Under the pieces are notes generated by a model. The model did no database searches, was not told the DNA's origin, and saw only the letters and a program-made list of their open reading frames with translations. A DNA stretch of 63,958 nt, the filler included, from Octopus bimaculoides (taxonomy: Eukaryota): NCBI RefSeq assembly GCF_001194135.2. It is 6 parts of 6 records of this genome, joined end to end, with 100 filler letters (N's around TTAATTAATTAA, not from the genome) between each part and the next. Parts side by side here need not be neighbours in the genome. Positions count along the whole stretch, not along the records: positions 27,953 to 55,693 come from NC_068997.1; positions 55,794 to 62,221 come from NC_069007.1; positions 62,322 to 63,958 come from NW_026329641.1; 3 more parts are not named here. One strand, 5' to 3'. The position numbers and the translations under genes are program-made. Shown piece after piece: positions 51,075 through 63,958 of the stretch (the first letter of the stretch is position 1; every line of letters begins with the position of its first letter).

Positions 51075-52474
51075 GTGTGTGAGTGAGAGAGTAAGTGAGT
51101 GAGTGTGTTTGTGTGAAAGACTTAGCAGTATTTCGTCAGCCGTTACGTTCTGAGTTCAAATTCCATCAAGGTGGACTTTGCCTTTCCTCTTTTAGGGGTT
51201 GATTAAATAAGTACCAGTTACGCACTGGGGTCGATGTGATCGACTTAATCTCTTTGTCTGTCCNNNNNNNNNNNNNNNNNNNNNNNNNNNNNNNNNNNNN
51301 NNNNNNNNNNNNNNNNNNNNNNNNNNNNNNNNNNNNNNNNNNNNNNNNNNNNNNNNNNNNNNNNNNNNNNNNNNNNNNNNNNNNNNNNNNNNNNNNNNNN
51401 NNNNNNNNNNNNNNNNNNNNNNNNNNNNNNNNNNNNNNNNNNNNNNNNNNNNNNNNNNNNNNNNNNNNNNNNNNNNNNNNNNNNNNNNNNNNNNNNNNNN
51501 NNNNNNNNNNNNNNNNNNNNNNNNNNNNNNNNNNNNNNNNNNNNNNNNNNNNNNNNNNNNNNNNNNNNNNNNNNNNNNNNNNNNNNNNNNNNNNNNNNNN
51601 NNNNNNNNNNNNNNNNNNNNNNNNNNNNNNNNNNNNNNNNNNNNNNNNNNNNNNNNNNNNNNNNNNNNNNNNNNNNNNNNNNNNNNNNNNNNNNNNNNNN
51701 NNNNNNNNNNNNNNNNNNNNNNNNNNNNNNNNNNNNNNNNNNNNNNNNNNNNNNNNNNNNNNNNNNNNNNNNNNNNNNNNNNNNNNNNNNNNNNNNNNNN
51801 TATATATATATATATATATATGAGTGAGAGTGAATGCGAGAGTGAGAATGAAAGTTAGTAAATGTGAGAGCTTGAGTGTAGGTTGTTTACAGACAAAACG
51901 AGGTTGAACGATACAAAAACAGAATATTTGATATATTGGACATACGAGAGGAAAGGGGAGTGAGGGAGAGAAGGGGAGAGAGGGAGAGAGGGGAGAGAGG
52001 GAGAGAGGTGGAGAGAGAGCAATGAGATGAGACAGAGATGGAGAGACACGAAGAGAATGTGTGAGAGAGAGAGAGGAGGCCCATGATGATAGTGTGATAA
52101 AGAGTGGGTCTACAAGTTAGAGAAAAAGGAAAGAGAAAAGACAAGAGTGAGAGTGACATAGACATCGACAGAGAGGGAGAGAGAGTATGTGTGTGTGTGT
52201 GTGAAAGAGAAGGCAGAGAGAAACAAAATTAGAGAGTGAGAGGGAAAGAGAGAGACAGTAAGAAAGTGAGTCAGAGAAGAGAGTGAGGTTTGTTTGTCTA
52301 AGTAATAGTCTTGATTACAAACCATTCGAATAGTAATGGAAATCAAGTTAGTATTTTTTCATGCTTCATTGCTTATATGCATAAAAGCATCAACATACGA
52401 AAAGAGCTCGCACACAAATGATACGTAGCAAATATGCATCTACGAGAGTGTATGTGTGTGTGTGTGTGTATATG

Positions 52475-52528
<54 letters not shown>

Positions 52529-54990
52529 AATAATAAATGAGTATATGCATATATACGTACATGTATGTACATACCTACATCTACATGTATATATAGATGC
52601 ATATCTGGGTACAGGACGTTGCAAAAAAACGTAGACAAAATGATAAACAGTGTACAGAAAACACACAGGCCACATAGAGAATAGTTCCTTCATCAGCTGC
52701 CACCATTCTAAAACTAAGCGTTTCGAAGAATTAGGGCAGGACGTATCGTTAGAATCGCTCTTCCCACGGACCACAAATTAAATTTGTACCATGGAGGAAT
52801 ATCGTGGCGGACCTAATATACACACTTCATATATGTGTGTACGTACGTATATGTATGTATTTACGTATGTTGTATCTGTATGTGCATATATAATGAATTT
52901 GTGATTCAAGAGTTTTAACACATACGTTATGGCACATATAACTTCGCTCAGATCATATTTGGTTAATGAAACTGTATTGGCTACGCACTTCTTTGGCCAA
53001 TTCTCTTTTATGAAGGTAGGGTAAGTAATTTCATCCTGGCAGGTAACCCTAGGAGAACTAGAATATATTTATTTTAGTACAATGCAGTTAATAAGAAACC
53101 CGGCCTGGACTTGTGAACATCTTTACTCGACGATACTCCATGCTTATAGTTTGTGTATTTTGTGGTGCATGAATACTGCTGGGAATAGAATATTCTCCGT
53201 TGATGGCCGCTGTGTAAATCTACGCATAGATACATGCACGCATATGCAAACACACCTACACACACGTACACACATACACACATCTTGCTCTGTGATGTCG
53301 CTGGTTATTTCAAGTTTTGAAACTCCTCAATTTCACACATCCTGAAGATTTTTAACTCGCTCATTAACTGAGTAGTATTGATGACAATGTTTCATGTTAT
53401 TGGGGTGTATTCTAATAATGAACCAATGAGTTTCTCTGGAAAGTTGAGACATAAAGTGGAGTTTTCTCTTAGCCTGAATAAATATAAAAACTGGTAAGTC
53501 TTGCCTTTGAAAGAAATTTCTGTTTGTTGCTTCCCTTTTAAGTCTACGTGAATGTGTTATATGAGAGGTGTGCAAAATCGCTTTGGAAAGACAAGTTTCT
53601 CTAAGTGAGCATGTTGAGTGATTTCTGAAGCTACAGTTTGATTACTGAGACGGGGTCAGATTGTTATGTTTCTTCGTTTGTGCATAGTAATCTGGCAGAC
53701 GTAGTCTTCCTTGCAGGAATAACTAATCTTAACGATGTTAGAGTTGAAATGTTTAGTATATTTGTCTTTAGGAGACTATATTGGTGGTTACATTAATATT
53801 GAGAGGTAGATTAAATATAGTTAGCATTCGTTTTCCGGTTCTTCTCTGAGTGAAAATGGAACTGGAACTGCCTGGAATTGCTTGGAACTGACTACTAACC
53901 TTTTGAACTTCTAACAAGAGAATCATTATAAAACGTCACTGTCTAAAGATAAAACCAAATTTCACGTACTTATTCCGACTACAAGATTCTAACGTATGGG
54001 CTCATATTTATGTGGATGTGAGAAAGTGTGTGCGGTATACGATTATTGCGTATGCATTTTGTTTACACCCAAATCTAGATTTATCTTTGGGCAGTGATAG
54101 GCTATGCTTAGATGTAGTGTTATGTCTATAAAACTTCGAGTATATTAGCAAGCTGCTCAAACTTTTTTCCACTATGCGTAACTCTTCAAGATAGGCTCCA
54201 ACAAGCTGCCCTGTCTTAGGTGTATACAATGTATTTAAATGGTATTAGTACAACAATCCTTAAAAATAGCTAATGGTCCAGAGAGACGATCAGTCATCCA
54301 GTGATCCATAAAACTGTACTTTATCTAGATATCTAGTGATTGTTTCCTTCTAACATCACTGATTCAAAACAACCTGGTATCTAATTTCGTAATCTCTTCA
54401 AACTGATATTTAAATTGGGAAGATATCTCCTCAGTCAATGATCCAAAGCACTGACTTTCTCTTCTTTTACACACACATATATACATTTGTGTGTGTATAT
54501 ATGTGTGTCCGTGTGTGTGTATGTATGTATATATGTGCGTGCGCATCTCTATGTATGTATACCTGTGTATCTATCTGTCTCTATATATATATATACAGAT
54601 GCATATATGTGTATACATACATATGGGATATGATACATATATATATGATATATATATACATACATATATGCATATTTTAAAATCCACACACACATATACG
54701 CACAATTAACTTATTCATATAGGAAGGGCCGACATGTATTTTGTGCTTTTGCAAAAAATCTTCTTTCACATTTCAAATTCATTTTCTCATTCTTACTTTC
54801 ATGCTTCTTCTCACTTTCTCTCTCATTCCCTCTCTTTCTTATTCACCCTCTCTGTCTCTCCCTTCCTCTCTCTTTCTCTTTATCTCTCTGCCCCTGTGCA
54901 TTACGCACACACACGTATATATATATATATATATATGTATGTATATATGTGTGCATATTTAAATATATATAACTAGTTTTTTCTCTAATA

Positions 54991-55024
<34 letters not shown>

Positions 55025-55793
55025 CAAATGTATTGAGATATAGATATAGATATAGATATGCACATACATATTTGTAGATCACAGTTAAATATGTATGTGT
55101 TTGTCTAATATTTGTATAACATTTGTATCGCATACAATTTGTATCGTGTGCGTATACACACTCACCCACCCACATATATCTTTTTCCCTTTTTAATTTGT
55201 ATTGATTGGATTAATGTGTGTCTATGTGTATACGTATAGATCTACATGTGCACATACGTATGTATGTATGTACGTGTCTAGATAATTATATCAGTTTTTC
55301 TTTTTTTTTTCTATTTATTATTTCTCAATCAAATATTATATTTAGATTTCTAATTTCGTTTTCTTTTCACCATTCTCTATTGCAGTGTGCCGAAATGAAA
55401 CCGTTCCAGTAAACGGAATTCTGTGCTGACAATTTTTCTGGCACTAACCACGTGACAATCAAGCTTTATCTATTTATTTATTTATTATTTTAATCTTTTG
55501 TTTTGGAATTTTCGATTGGCTGGCAGGCATTCAGCCAAGCAGACAGGAGAAATACTTATAAGAAACAGAAAAAAAAAAAAGAAAAAGAAAAAATGTTATT
55601 CCCTCCACCCCGTCACTAAAACCCACTCTTTCTCAGGCTGAATTTTTTACGCATCTCACAACGTTATTCTATTTGGCCGCCATTATACAACCCNNNNNNN
55701 NNNNNNNNNNNNNNNNNNNNNNNNNNNNNNNNNNNNNTTAATTAATTAANNNNNNNNNNNNNNNNNNNNNNNNNNNNNNNNNNNNNNNNNNNN

Positions 55794-55839
<46 letters not shown>

Positions 55840-56149
55840 TGTGTGTGTGTGTGTGCATGCAGATAGATAGATAGATAGATAGATATTATTTAAGACAGTT
55901 TCATTCGGTTCATACAACTACAAGTTTCGCTGGTCACTAACGGGGTTAACTTTGCTTTTCATCCTTTCGCGGTCGATGAAAGAAGCACTAGTCAAGTACT
56001 GGCGTTTATATAATCGACTTAAACCCCACCACCACCACCACCACGAAACTGCTGGCCTGGTGACTAGATCCGTATCTTTTATTACTTAAATGAGCATCGT
56101 GACTCCAATCAATGATCAGAATGGATTATCATGTTGCTTGATTACACAT

Positions 56150-59100
56150 CACTTCCCTGCTGACCACATTTTACCAAAATCTCTCCATCCAGCTTTTGAC
56201 TGGAACCGGTAACGTTTGAAAAACAAAGACAAAAGATTCGTGACTAGAAAATATCTTGCCCATTGAGACATGCGTGTATGCCCCCATTACTGCTAATATA
56301 TACGCTAAATTTGATTTCAATGTATCCATACATTTTCTCTCGTTTGTGTCATGTAACGAAAACTATAACTTTTACGCTTATTTCGTTGCAAACGTTTGCT
56401 TTTTTTTTTTTATTTATTTATCGTATTTTGTATGCTGGACGCGTATCACATTTTTGTTGTTCTATCCTGCGATATTAACAAATGTCCGTAGAGAAAAACC
56501 AGCTGTTCTCATTTATTCTGAAGAAAATATAATCCAAACCTTCTCGGGATATCCTGCTCTCTATAATCCAAATAAAAAAAAAAAAGCAANNNNNNNNNNT
56601 CAATAACCACAAAGAGATGTCTGTTGACAGTTTGGCAGCGTGTAAGACTTAAGCCATGCAGGGAGAAAAGGAAGCCCATTTTAGTGGAATAAACATATCT
56701 GAAGAACGGGATTTAGAACTTAATAACAACGGACACATGTAGCTAGGCATACTGGTGCTCGATGATAAGGATATATCGTGAAATGAAGAGTGAAAGAAGA
56801 AGCGAAATATATTTGAAAAGATCCAAGCAAGTATTGGAGTCCGAATTTAATTCATGAAGCTTGATAAATGAGATCAAAACATCGACGTTTGCCATTGTGT
56901 ATTAAAGCGTGGGAAAGATGAAGTCGACGAAAGACGAAAGAGATGAATTAGATAGAAAAACGAGAAGAAAACACTAAAGTAGGTATGGAGTCCTTCATCT
57001 AAAGACTAAAGCCATTTGTTTATGCATGAAACGGATAATTGTTGGGAGAGGATGCATTAGCATTTCTGATTGTGTGAATGAGAAAAGAAAGTCTGTATAA
57101 GACAGCCATATTTACGAGTTACTTTGTCTAGTAAATGTGACTCATCTCCGAATAACGACCATCACTTCTAATTGTAACTGTTGTTTCGTTGGTACAAGAA
57201 AAGTCGTTGCGTCCCTATCGAAACAGTTATAGGTAGTTATAGGTATTTACGAGTTACTTTGTCTAGTAAATGTGACTCATCTCCGAATAATGACCATCGC
57301 TTCTAATTGTAACTGTTGTTTCGTTGGTACAAGAAAAGTCGTTGCGTCTCTATCGAAACAGTTATAGGTAGTTTCTTTATGCCTTACTTTTTATTAACGT
57401 GATCAGGAAGATTAGCGTGTTACCCGATTTCATAGGTTTTGCCTACTGAGCTCATTTATCTTTTCACCGGTGATGTTTGAAAATGATAACGTGTAAGAAA
57501 TTCTGAACCTTAAATCACCGTCCATGCAGGTATACCGCCATGTTTGCTATTGTAATCGCTAAAATTTGATCCCATTCTGTCCATATATTTTCTCACGTGA
57601 GTGTCATGTTACAAAATGCATATATAGATTTGTGTGTGTGTGTATGTGTGTGTGTTTGTGTCTGTGTGCGTGCGTGTGTGTGTGTGTGTGAAATGACATG
57701 TTTTGCGCGAGAACACAACACACCACCCAATCTAGGTACTGAAGCCACGATCTCGAGATCCCAAGTGCAACATCCTAATCACTAAGCCAGATATGTATGT
57801 ATGTGTGTATATATATATATATATATATNNNNNNNNNNNNNNNNNNNNNNNNNNNNNNNNNNNNNNNNNNNNNNNNNNNNNNNNNNNNNNNNNNNNNNNN
57901 NNNNNNNNNNNNNNNNNNNNNNNNNNNNNNNNNNNNNNNNNNNNNNNNNNNNNNNNNNNNNNNNNNNNNNNNNNNNNNNNNNNNNNNNNNNNNNNNNNNN
58001 NNNNNNNNNNNNNNNNNNNNNNNNNNNNNNNNNNNNNNNNNNNNNNNNNNNNNNNNNNNNNNNNNNNNNNNNNNNNNNNNNNNNNNNNNNNNATACATAT
58101 ATATATATTTCTTTTATTTCGTTGTAAATATTTGCTTTCTTCTATCTTTTTTTGTGGTTCTAGAGCCGTTATAAATGAATGTCTACAAAGAAATGCAAAA
58201 TAATAAAAGAACTCCCTTTCTCATTTATTCTGGTGAAAATATAATCCGTACTTGCTCGGGATATCCTGCTCTGTATAAACTAAAGGAAAAGAGAAAATAC
58301 AAACGGAATAATACAGCCATCCACTTTGGTAAAGGTAAAATATCTAACTTCTCCAAGCTATCAATAACCACGAAATGATGTTCTTTGACAGTTTCACAGC
58401 GTGCTGGACTTTAGCCATAAAGACAGGAAAGAAATGTTTTTTTTTATCAGAGAAGGACTTTAGAACCTAATGACAATGGATACACGTATCTAGGCATACT
58501 GGTCTTAGATGATATGATGACATGACGCTTCGGCAAATGAAGAAAAACGTGAAAGCATGAAACACATATATATTTGGAAAGGTTAACACTTGTATTGAGG
58601 TTATAAATTCATCGTAGGAATCTGATAAATTCGAACCAAGAAAGGTCGTTTGCCGTCGTAGATTACATTGTTGGAATAGTGAATAGGGCGGAAAGTGATA
58701 TACAAGGATTATATAGAAATCAAATGTGTTGACCATTTCTCTCAAATACAAATGCCAGTATTTTATAAATGATATGGAAAATTGTTGGGGTAGGATTTAT
58801 TAGCCTTCCTGATTGTGTGAATTGAGTACGCAGGTCAATAAACCATTCCTTGGAAAGTGTGAAGAATTATCTGAATATGTCACAATAGAAACAAGGCCAT
58901 TTGAGCAAGACGGAGAATAATTTGTAAAAGAAGTGCAGTGTTAGAAGAAAGATAGATATTCAGCTACGTGGAGAGATCCACAGAAACCCCAAGAATGGGG
59001 AAACTCATGTTACGTCATAGGAGGGTGTCAGGGGTGGAGATTTAAAAAAAACAAGGATAGTTACCGTTGTGCGTTATAAAGCTAAGAGTAAAGAATTAGA

Positions 59101-60170
59101 CGTAAAATGAAATATAGTAATTAGATAAGAAAAATAAACAAGGGAAACACTTTTATAGAGTCCTTTATACAAAGAGTAATGTTAGACTTTCATACATAAA
59201 AGCATAATTGCAAGGAGAGAACTAATTAATATTTCCGATAGATTAAATGAAGAAACATCAGTAAGAAACAGCCATCCTTACGGTTTGCCTTGACTCATAC
59301 AGGTGACGTTTCTCCACATGTCGATCAGCTCCTCTAATTGTTGTTCCATTGCTTTACAAGGAAAACTCCCCACCTCTCTTTCTTTCTCTCTCCCCTCTCT
59401 CACTCTCTCACACTCAAGACAGTTATAGGATATTTTTTTTCAGTTTTTTTCTTTAAAAACGCGTTCAGAAAGATTAGCGTGTTGCTTGGTAACATAACGT
59501 TTCTCCCATGACCTTATTTTTACCAAAATTCTCATATCGAGTTTCGGAAAGGAACTGGTAACGTTTAGGAAAAAGAGAAATTTCTAACTTGCGAAAATCT
59601 TCACCCAATGAAACTTGAGTGTGTATACCGCCATTCCTGTCGATATAATCACTAAATTTTGATTTCGTCATATCCATATATATTTTCTCCCGTGTGAATC
59701 GTGTAACAAAAAATACGAAAAAAATACTTTTATTTTTATATCGTTGCGAATATCTCCTTTTATTTTCCATTATTTATCGTTCTGTACATGGCGGAGGCGT
59801 ATCTCTTTTTTGTGGTTCTATACGGCATTATTAAAAGATTTCCGCAGAGTAAAGCAGAATAATAAAAGAGCGTCCGTTCTCATATATTCTGTTGAAAATA
59901 TAATCCATACTTGCTTGGGATATCCTGCTCTGTATAATCCGAATGAAAAGAAAGGAATATCCATCAACTTTGGTAACGGTAAAATATCTAAGATCTCTAA
60001 GCTATCAATAACCTCGTCGAGTTCCGCGTTGACAGTTTGACTGCGTGTATGTCTTTCGCTATGAAGAGAGGGAAGAATGCCCATTTTAGTGGAATAAACG
60101 TATCTGAAGGACGAGCTTTCGACATTAGGACTATGAACTCATGTAGCTAAGCATATTGTGGTACTCAATG
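56150..60170. repeat. Diverged head-to-tail triplicated unit (~1.7-kb period)
   Basis: TTCTCAT(T/A)TATTCTG..GAAAATATAATCC...GGGATATCCTGCTCT(C/G)TATAA occurs at ~56505, ~58218 and ~59877; further shared blocks upstream and downstream. Confidence 0.85.
57109..57372. repeat. Recent 135-bp tandem duplication
   Basis: TATTTACGAGTTACTTTGTCTAG...AAACAGTTATAGGTAGT starts at 57109 and again at 57244, with only a few substitutions. Confidence 0.9.
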
Positions 60171-60271
60171 AATATGGCACTCCGTCGGTTGCGACGGTGA
60201 GGCTTCCGGCTGATCCGGTCAACGGAACAGACTTCCCGTGACGCAAGATAAACAGTGAAGCATCACGTTGA

Positions 60272-60353
60272 TATAGATGTTTTCGATCTAGTTTGAATTC
60301 TTTGCAATCAAATTTGATGGCAAAGAATCCAAACTAGATCGAAAACATCTATA
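60272..60353. mobile_element. 82-bp near-perfect hairpin (tiny MITE-like element)
   Basis: TATAGATGTTTTCGATCTAGTTTG(A/G)ATTCTTTGC arms (34 bp, 1 mismatch); the loop contains the palindrome ATCAAATTTGAT. Confidence 0.8.
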
Positions 60354-60414
60354 ATTATNNNNNNNNNNAGAATCCAAACTAGATCGAAAACATCTATAAT
60401 TATAATAATAATAA

Positions 60415-61175
60415 TTCTTTTCTACTCTAGGCACAAGGCCTGAAATTTTGGGGGATAGGTTAAGTCGATAACATCGACCATAGTAATCAACAGGTACTTA
60501 ATTTATCGACCCCGAAAGGAGGAACGGTAAGGTAAGGTCGACCTCGGCGGAATTTGAACTCAGAACGTAGCGACAGACGAAATATACCGCTAAGCATTTC
60601 GCCCGGCGTGTTAACGTTTCTGCCACATCGCTTCCTTGCAATAATGATAAAAATAATCCTTTCTGCTGGAGGTATAAGCCCTCAGTGTTTCACAGGTACT
60701 TAATTTATCGACCCCGAATGGATGAAGGGCAAAGTCGACTTCGGCGGAATTTGAACTCAGAACGTAGAGACGGGTCAAATACCGATAAACATTTCGTACA
60801 GCACGCTTCCTTACTGAGGTCGACTTAGCCATTCATCCTGTTGGGATCGATTAAATAAGTACCAGTTACGCACTGGTGTCGATGTAATAGACTTTATCTC
60901 TTTGTCTGTCCTTGTTTGTCTTCTCTATGTTTAGCTCCCTGTGGGCAATAAAGAAATAATTATTATTGCATAGAGGGAGCTAAACATAGAGGGGACTAAC
61001 AAGGACAGACAAAGAGATAAAGTCGATTACATTGAACCTCAGTGCGTAACTGGTACTTATTTAATCGATCCCAAAAGGATGAAAGGCAAAGTCGACCTCA
61101 GCGGAATTTGAACTCAGAACATTGCGACGGGTGAATTACGGCTAAGCCAGCGCGTTAACGAGTCTGCCAGCTCTC
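60415..61175. mobile_element. Cluster of family A SINEs including a tail-to-tail inverted pair
   Basis: Minus-strand copies at ~60415-60625 and ~60690-60800; inverted arms at 60814-60940 / 60974-61101. Confidence 0.8.
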
Positions 61176-62363
61176 TTCCTTGCAATAATAATAACAACAA
61201 TAATAATAATAATCCTTTCTATTCGAGGCGAATTGCTGGCAAAAATACGGAAAGGCGTCCTTCTCTGCGGCTATAACGATTTTGCCAATTCGCCGTCTTA
61301 ATAATATTTTGGACTGTTTTGTAGTGTATTTAACATGTATGTTTTTTTAATAATAGAGTAACGGCGTAAATTTGTCTGTACCGGACCCAAAAGCGATGTT
61401 GGTTGTTAGGTTTAAAAAATTTGTTATATTCAAGATAACTGGTAAACTTTGACCTCATTACATTTTGGAAAACAAAGTAAAGTTCGATGACATGAAGAAG
61501 GGGTCAGACAAAATTGGCCTCATTATTGTAGAAGCGATTAGTTACGCTTCTTAAAAAGATCAATATTATTGATAAAGAAAACAAAAGAAAAACAAATCTA
61601 ATAGCTGTGTTATATAAGTATATATTTAGAAGACGGAACCGAAATATTGTTTTTTATAATAGGAAGGAAAGAGAAGAAAAAAAACAAAATACAAATGTCA
61701 GTGTAAACTTCTTAGAAGAAATTTGAGTTTGTTAGGAAAATAATCAATATTTTTTGTATTATTATTCGTGTGTTTGTGGGGTGGGGGGGGGCAGCGAGTT
61801 GGCAGAATTGTTAGCACATTGAACAAAATATCTAGCAGCATTTCTCTCAACCCTTTCATCTGTCTTTCCATTTAGAGTTCAAATTCCACAGGGGTCAAGT
61901 TTGCCTTGCATCGTTTCGGGGTTGGCATATATATATATATATATATATATATTAGGGCCTTGTACCTAGAGTAGAAAAGAATATTATTTGTGAGTGGCAA
62001 AAGACGATGGGCTGGCAGTGTCGTGAAATGGCGAACATAACACTTAGCGTCATTTCCCCAGCCTCGTTACGTTCTCAGGTCAAATTTTGCCGAAGCCGAC
62101 TTTCTCACATATATAACTTTTCCTTGTTTCAGTCATTTGACTGAAGCCATGCTGGAGCACCACCATGAAATGATTTTAGTCGAACAAACCGATCTCATGA
62201 GGGTTTTTTATAGCCTAGTACNNNNNNNNNNNNNNNNNNNNNNNNNNNNNNNNNNNNNNNNNNNNTTAATTAATTAANNNNNNNNNNNNNNNNNNNNNNN
62301 NNNNNNNNNNNNNNNNNNNNNTATTCGATGGATGCAACGGAAACTTTACCATCCGGCACTACT

Positions 62364-62662
62364 GGATATGATGAATTGAAGTAGGTGATAAATAGACTGT
62401 AGTCATTGAAGAAGGTGAGCGTCGTACCTGTTGTTGTTGGAACTCTGGGGACTCTAATTACAAAGCTCACAAACTGGATTGAAGAGATACGAGTAAATGC
62501 ATCTACTGAAAATAGCGTCAGTTTGAAAAGCACGAATCCTCAGTAAAGTTCTTGCAATCTGAACGTAGAGTGTTACCTGAGACTACTAGTGTCGACAGCC
62601 GACACTTAATTGCATCCACCAGCGAAGGTGGTATGCTAAACAACGACAACAACAACTACAAC
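62364..62662 (+). pseudogene. Old R4/Dong-like LINE 3' end (restriction-like endonuclease C-terminus)
   Basis: YDELK*VINRL*SLKKVSVVPVVVGTLG...then frameshifted KARILSKVLAI* (stop 62560-62562). TAG stops sit where Trp is expected; (AAC)n/(AAT)n tail follows. Confidence 0.7.
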
Positions 62663-62766
<104 letters not shown>

Positions 62767-62772
62767 TAATAA

Positions 62773-63457
62773 TACAGGCATGATAGAGCTGCACAATATA
62801 TCCACTGGGTAATATGCAAAAACCTGGACTTGCCCCATGATAAAAACTGGTGGGAACACAAACCACCCCCAGTACTTGAAAATGATCACATTGCACTCCT
62901 CTGGAACTTCACCATTCAAACTGACAGAAAGATAGACGCAAATAGGCCAGACATCATACTGAAAGACTTCAGACAAAAATCATGCCTCCTCATTGATATG
63001 ACTGTCCCAATTGATATAAACGCATCTGTCAAGACCTACCAAAAACTGAGCAAATATAAAGATCTTGAAATAGAAATTAGCAAAATGTGGAATCTGAAGA
63101 CGAAAACAATACCTATTGTCACAGGTGCCCTGGGAATGACAGCGAAACGGGCTGATTACTACCTAGCTCAGATACCAGGAAACCCCAAAATGGCTGAAGT
63201 TCAAAAGATAGTGCTCATGGGAGCTGCCCATATCCTACGTAAAATACTGTCTATGTGATCTCAAATTTTAAAGCAAATACATAATTTTCTTATGGTTTCT
63301 TAAACATTCACTTGAACAAATCCATTCACTGTACAAATCCAAATATATGGTACCCTAGGCATAACACCTACAAGAACTTCTAACTTGTTGTCTCTTGAGG
63401 TCTCTGGGTGAGACTTGGATCCAACTTGTACAAATGCAAAGCAAAAGTCAAACATAA

Positions 63458-63487
<30 letters not shown>
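62773..63487 (+). mobile_element. 5'-truncated R4/Dong-like non-LTR retrotransposon (RLE domain intact) in (TAA)n
   Basis: Open frame 62776-63258: RHDRAAQYIHWVICK...ANRPDIILKD...CLLIDMTVP...KLSKYKDLEIEISKMW...IPIVTGALG...ILRKILSM*. PD-(D/E)xK-type endonuclease; flanked 5' and 3' by (AAT)n. Confidence 0.88.
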
Positions 63488-63488
<1 letters not shown>

Positions 63489-63958
63489 TTTTTTTCCTGA
63501 TTTCGACATAATCACCAATTTGGAGGGTGGTGGGAGGAACTCAATTACATTGACCCTAGCACTTGATTAGTGCTATATTTTATCAACCCGGAAGTATGAA
63601 AGGCAAAGTCGACCTCGGCAGAATTGGAACTCAAAACGTAAAGACGGACGAAACGCTGCTAACCATTATGCCTGTCGTACTGACGATTGTGCCAGCTAAC
63701 TGCCTTAATTATAATAATTATAACAACAACAACAGTAACAACAACAACAGCAATAATAATAATGATGATAATAATAATAATAAAACAACAACAAGAGCAC
63801 TCAGAGAACGCCAGTTACGAGACCAAAACATCTCTGATAGTTTCATCCGAAACCATCCAGCGGTTCTTGAAATATTTTGTTTACAGACAAACGAACAAAC
63901 AAACAAATAAACAAACAAATCAATAGACAAACAAAAAAAACAAACAAATAAACAAACA

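Noticed and set aside
52600-52820. Hammerhead-like CTGATGAAG and GAAAC motifs on the minus strand
   Set aside because: The core motifs are in an order and context where stems I and II cannot be formed convincingly.
48854-53494. Scattered plus-strand exon candidates (e.g. ~48854-48898, ~52938-53000, ~53473-53493)
   Set aside because: Weak acceptors or donors, no paralogy or shared phase pattern, and not distinguishable from chance splice-like motifs.
59818-60084. Minus-strand ORF in the third repeat unit
   Set aside because: The equivalent frame has stop codons in the other two copies.

Overview
AT-rich, microsatellite-dense eukaryotic DNA. The SINE families and TTAGGG repeats suggest a cephalopod (Octopus-like) draft assembly; this is inference. 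Five identical 100-bp spacers (44 N + TTAATTAATTAA + 44 N) split the window into six segments whose adjacency is not guaranteed. Nearly all ORFs in the supplied track are microsatellite or N-gap artefacts. The main hidden feature is in segment 2 (9384-19389): nine minus-strand, frame-preserving phase-1 micro-exons (eight of 30 nt, one of 24 nt). They fall into two alternating paralogous classes and splice into an open 88-codon Glu/Thr/Ser/Val/Pro-rich repeat peptide (ETHSMVESTV EQPTEVEATV EIVTETESRI GKPSEVESTV EIVTETESRI EKPSEIESTV ETITEPEYWI DRPYAETI ETIRETIVRG). One duplicated exon pair differs only at synonymous sites. Other contents: a 602-bp Merlin-like MITE with an outward-facing telomeric palindrome inside an RTE LINE relic; a Penelope-like fragment with a minimal hammerhead ribozyme; a candidate recursive splice site; a deleted DD37D (maT) transposon and two mariner-type MITEs; two stacked R4/Dong-like LINE 3' ends in a (TAA)n tract; a diverged ~1.7-kb triplicated unit; several hairpins and minisatellites; and many tRNA-derived SINE copies.
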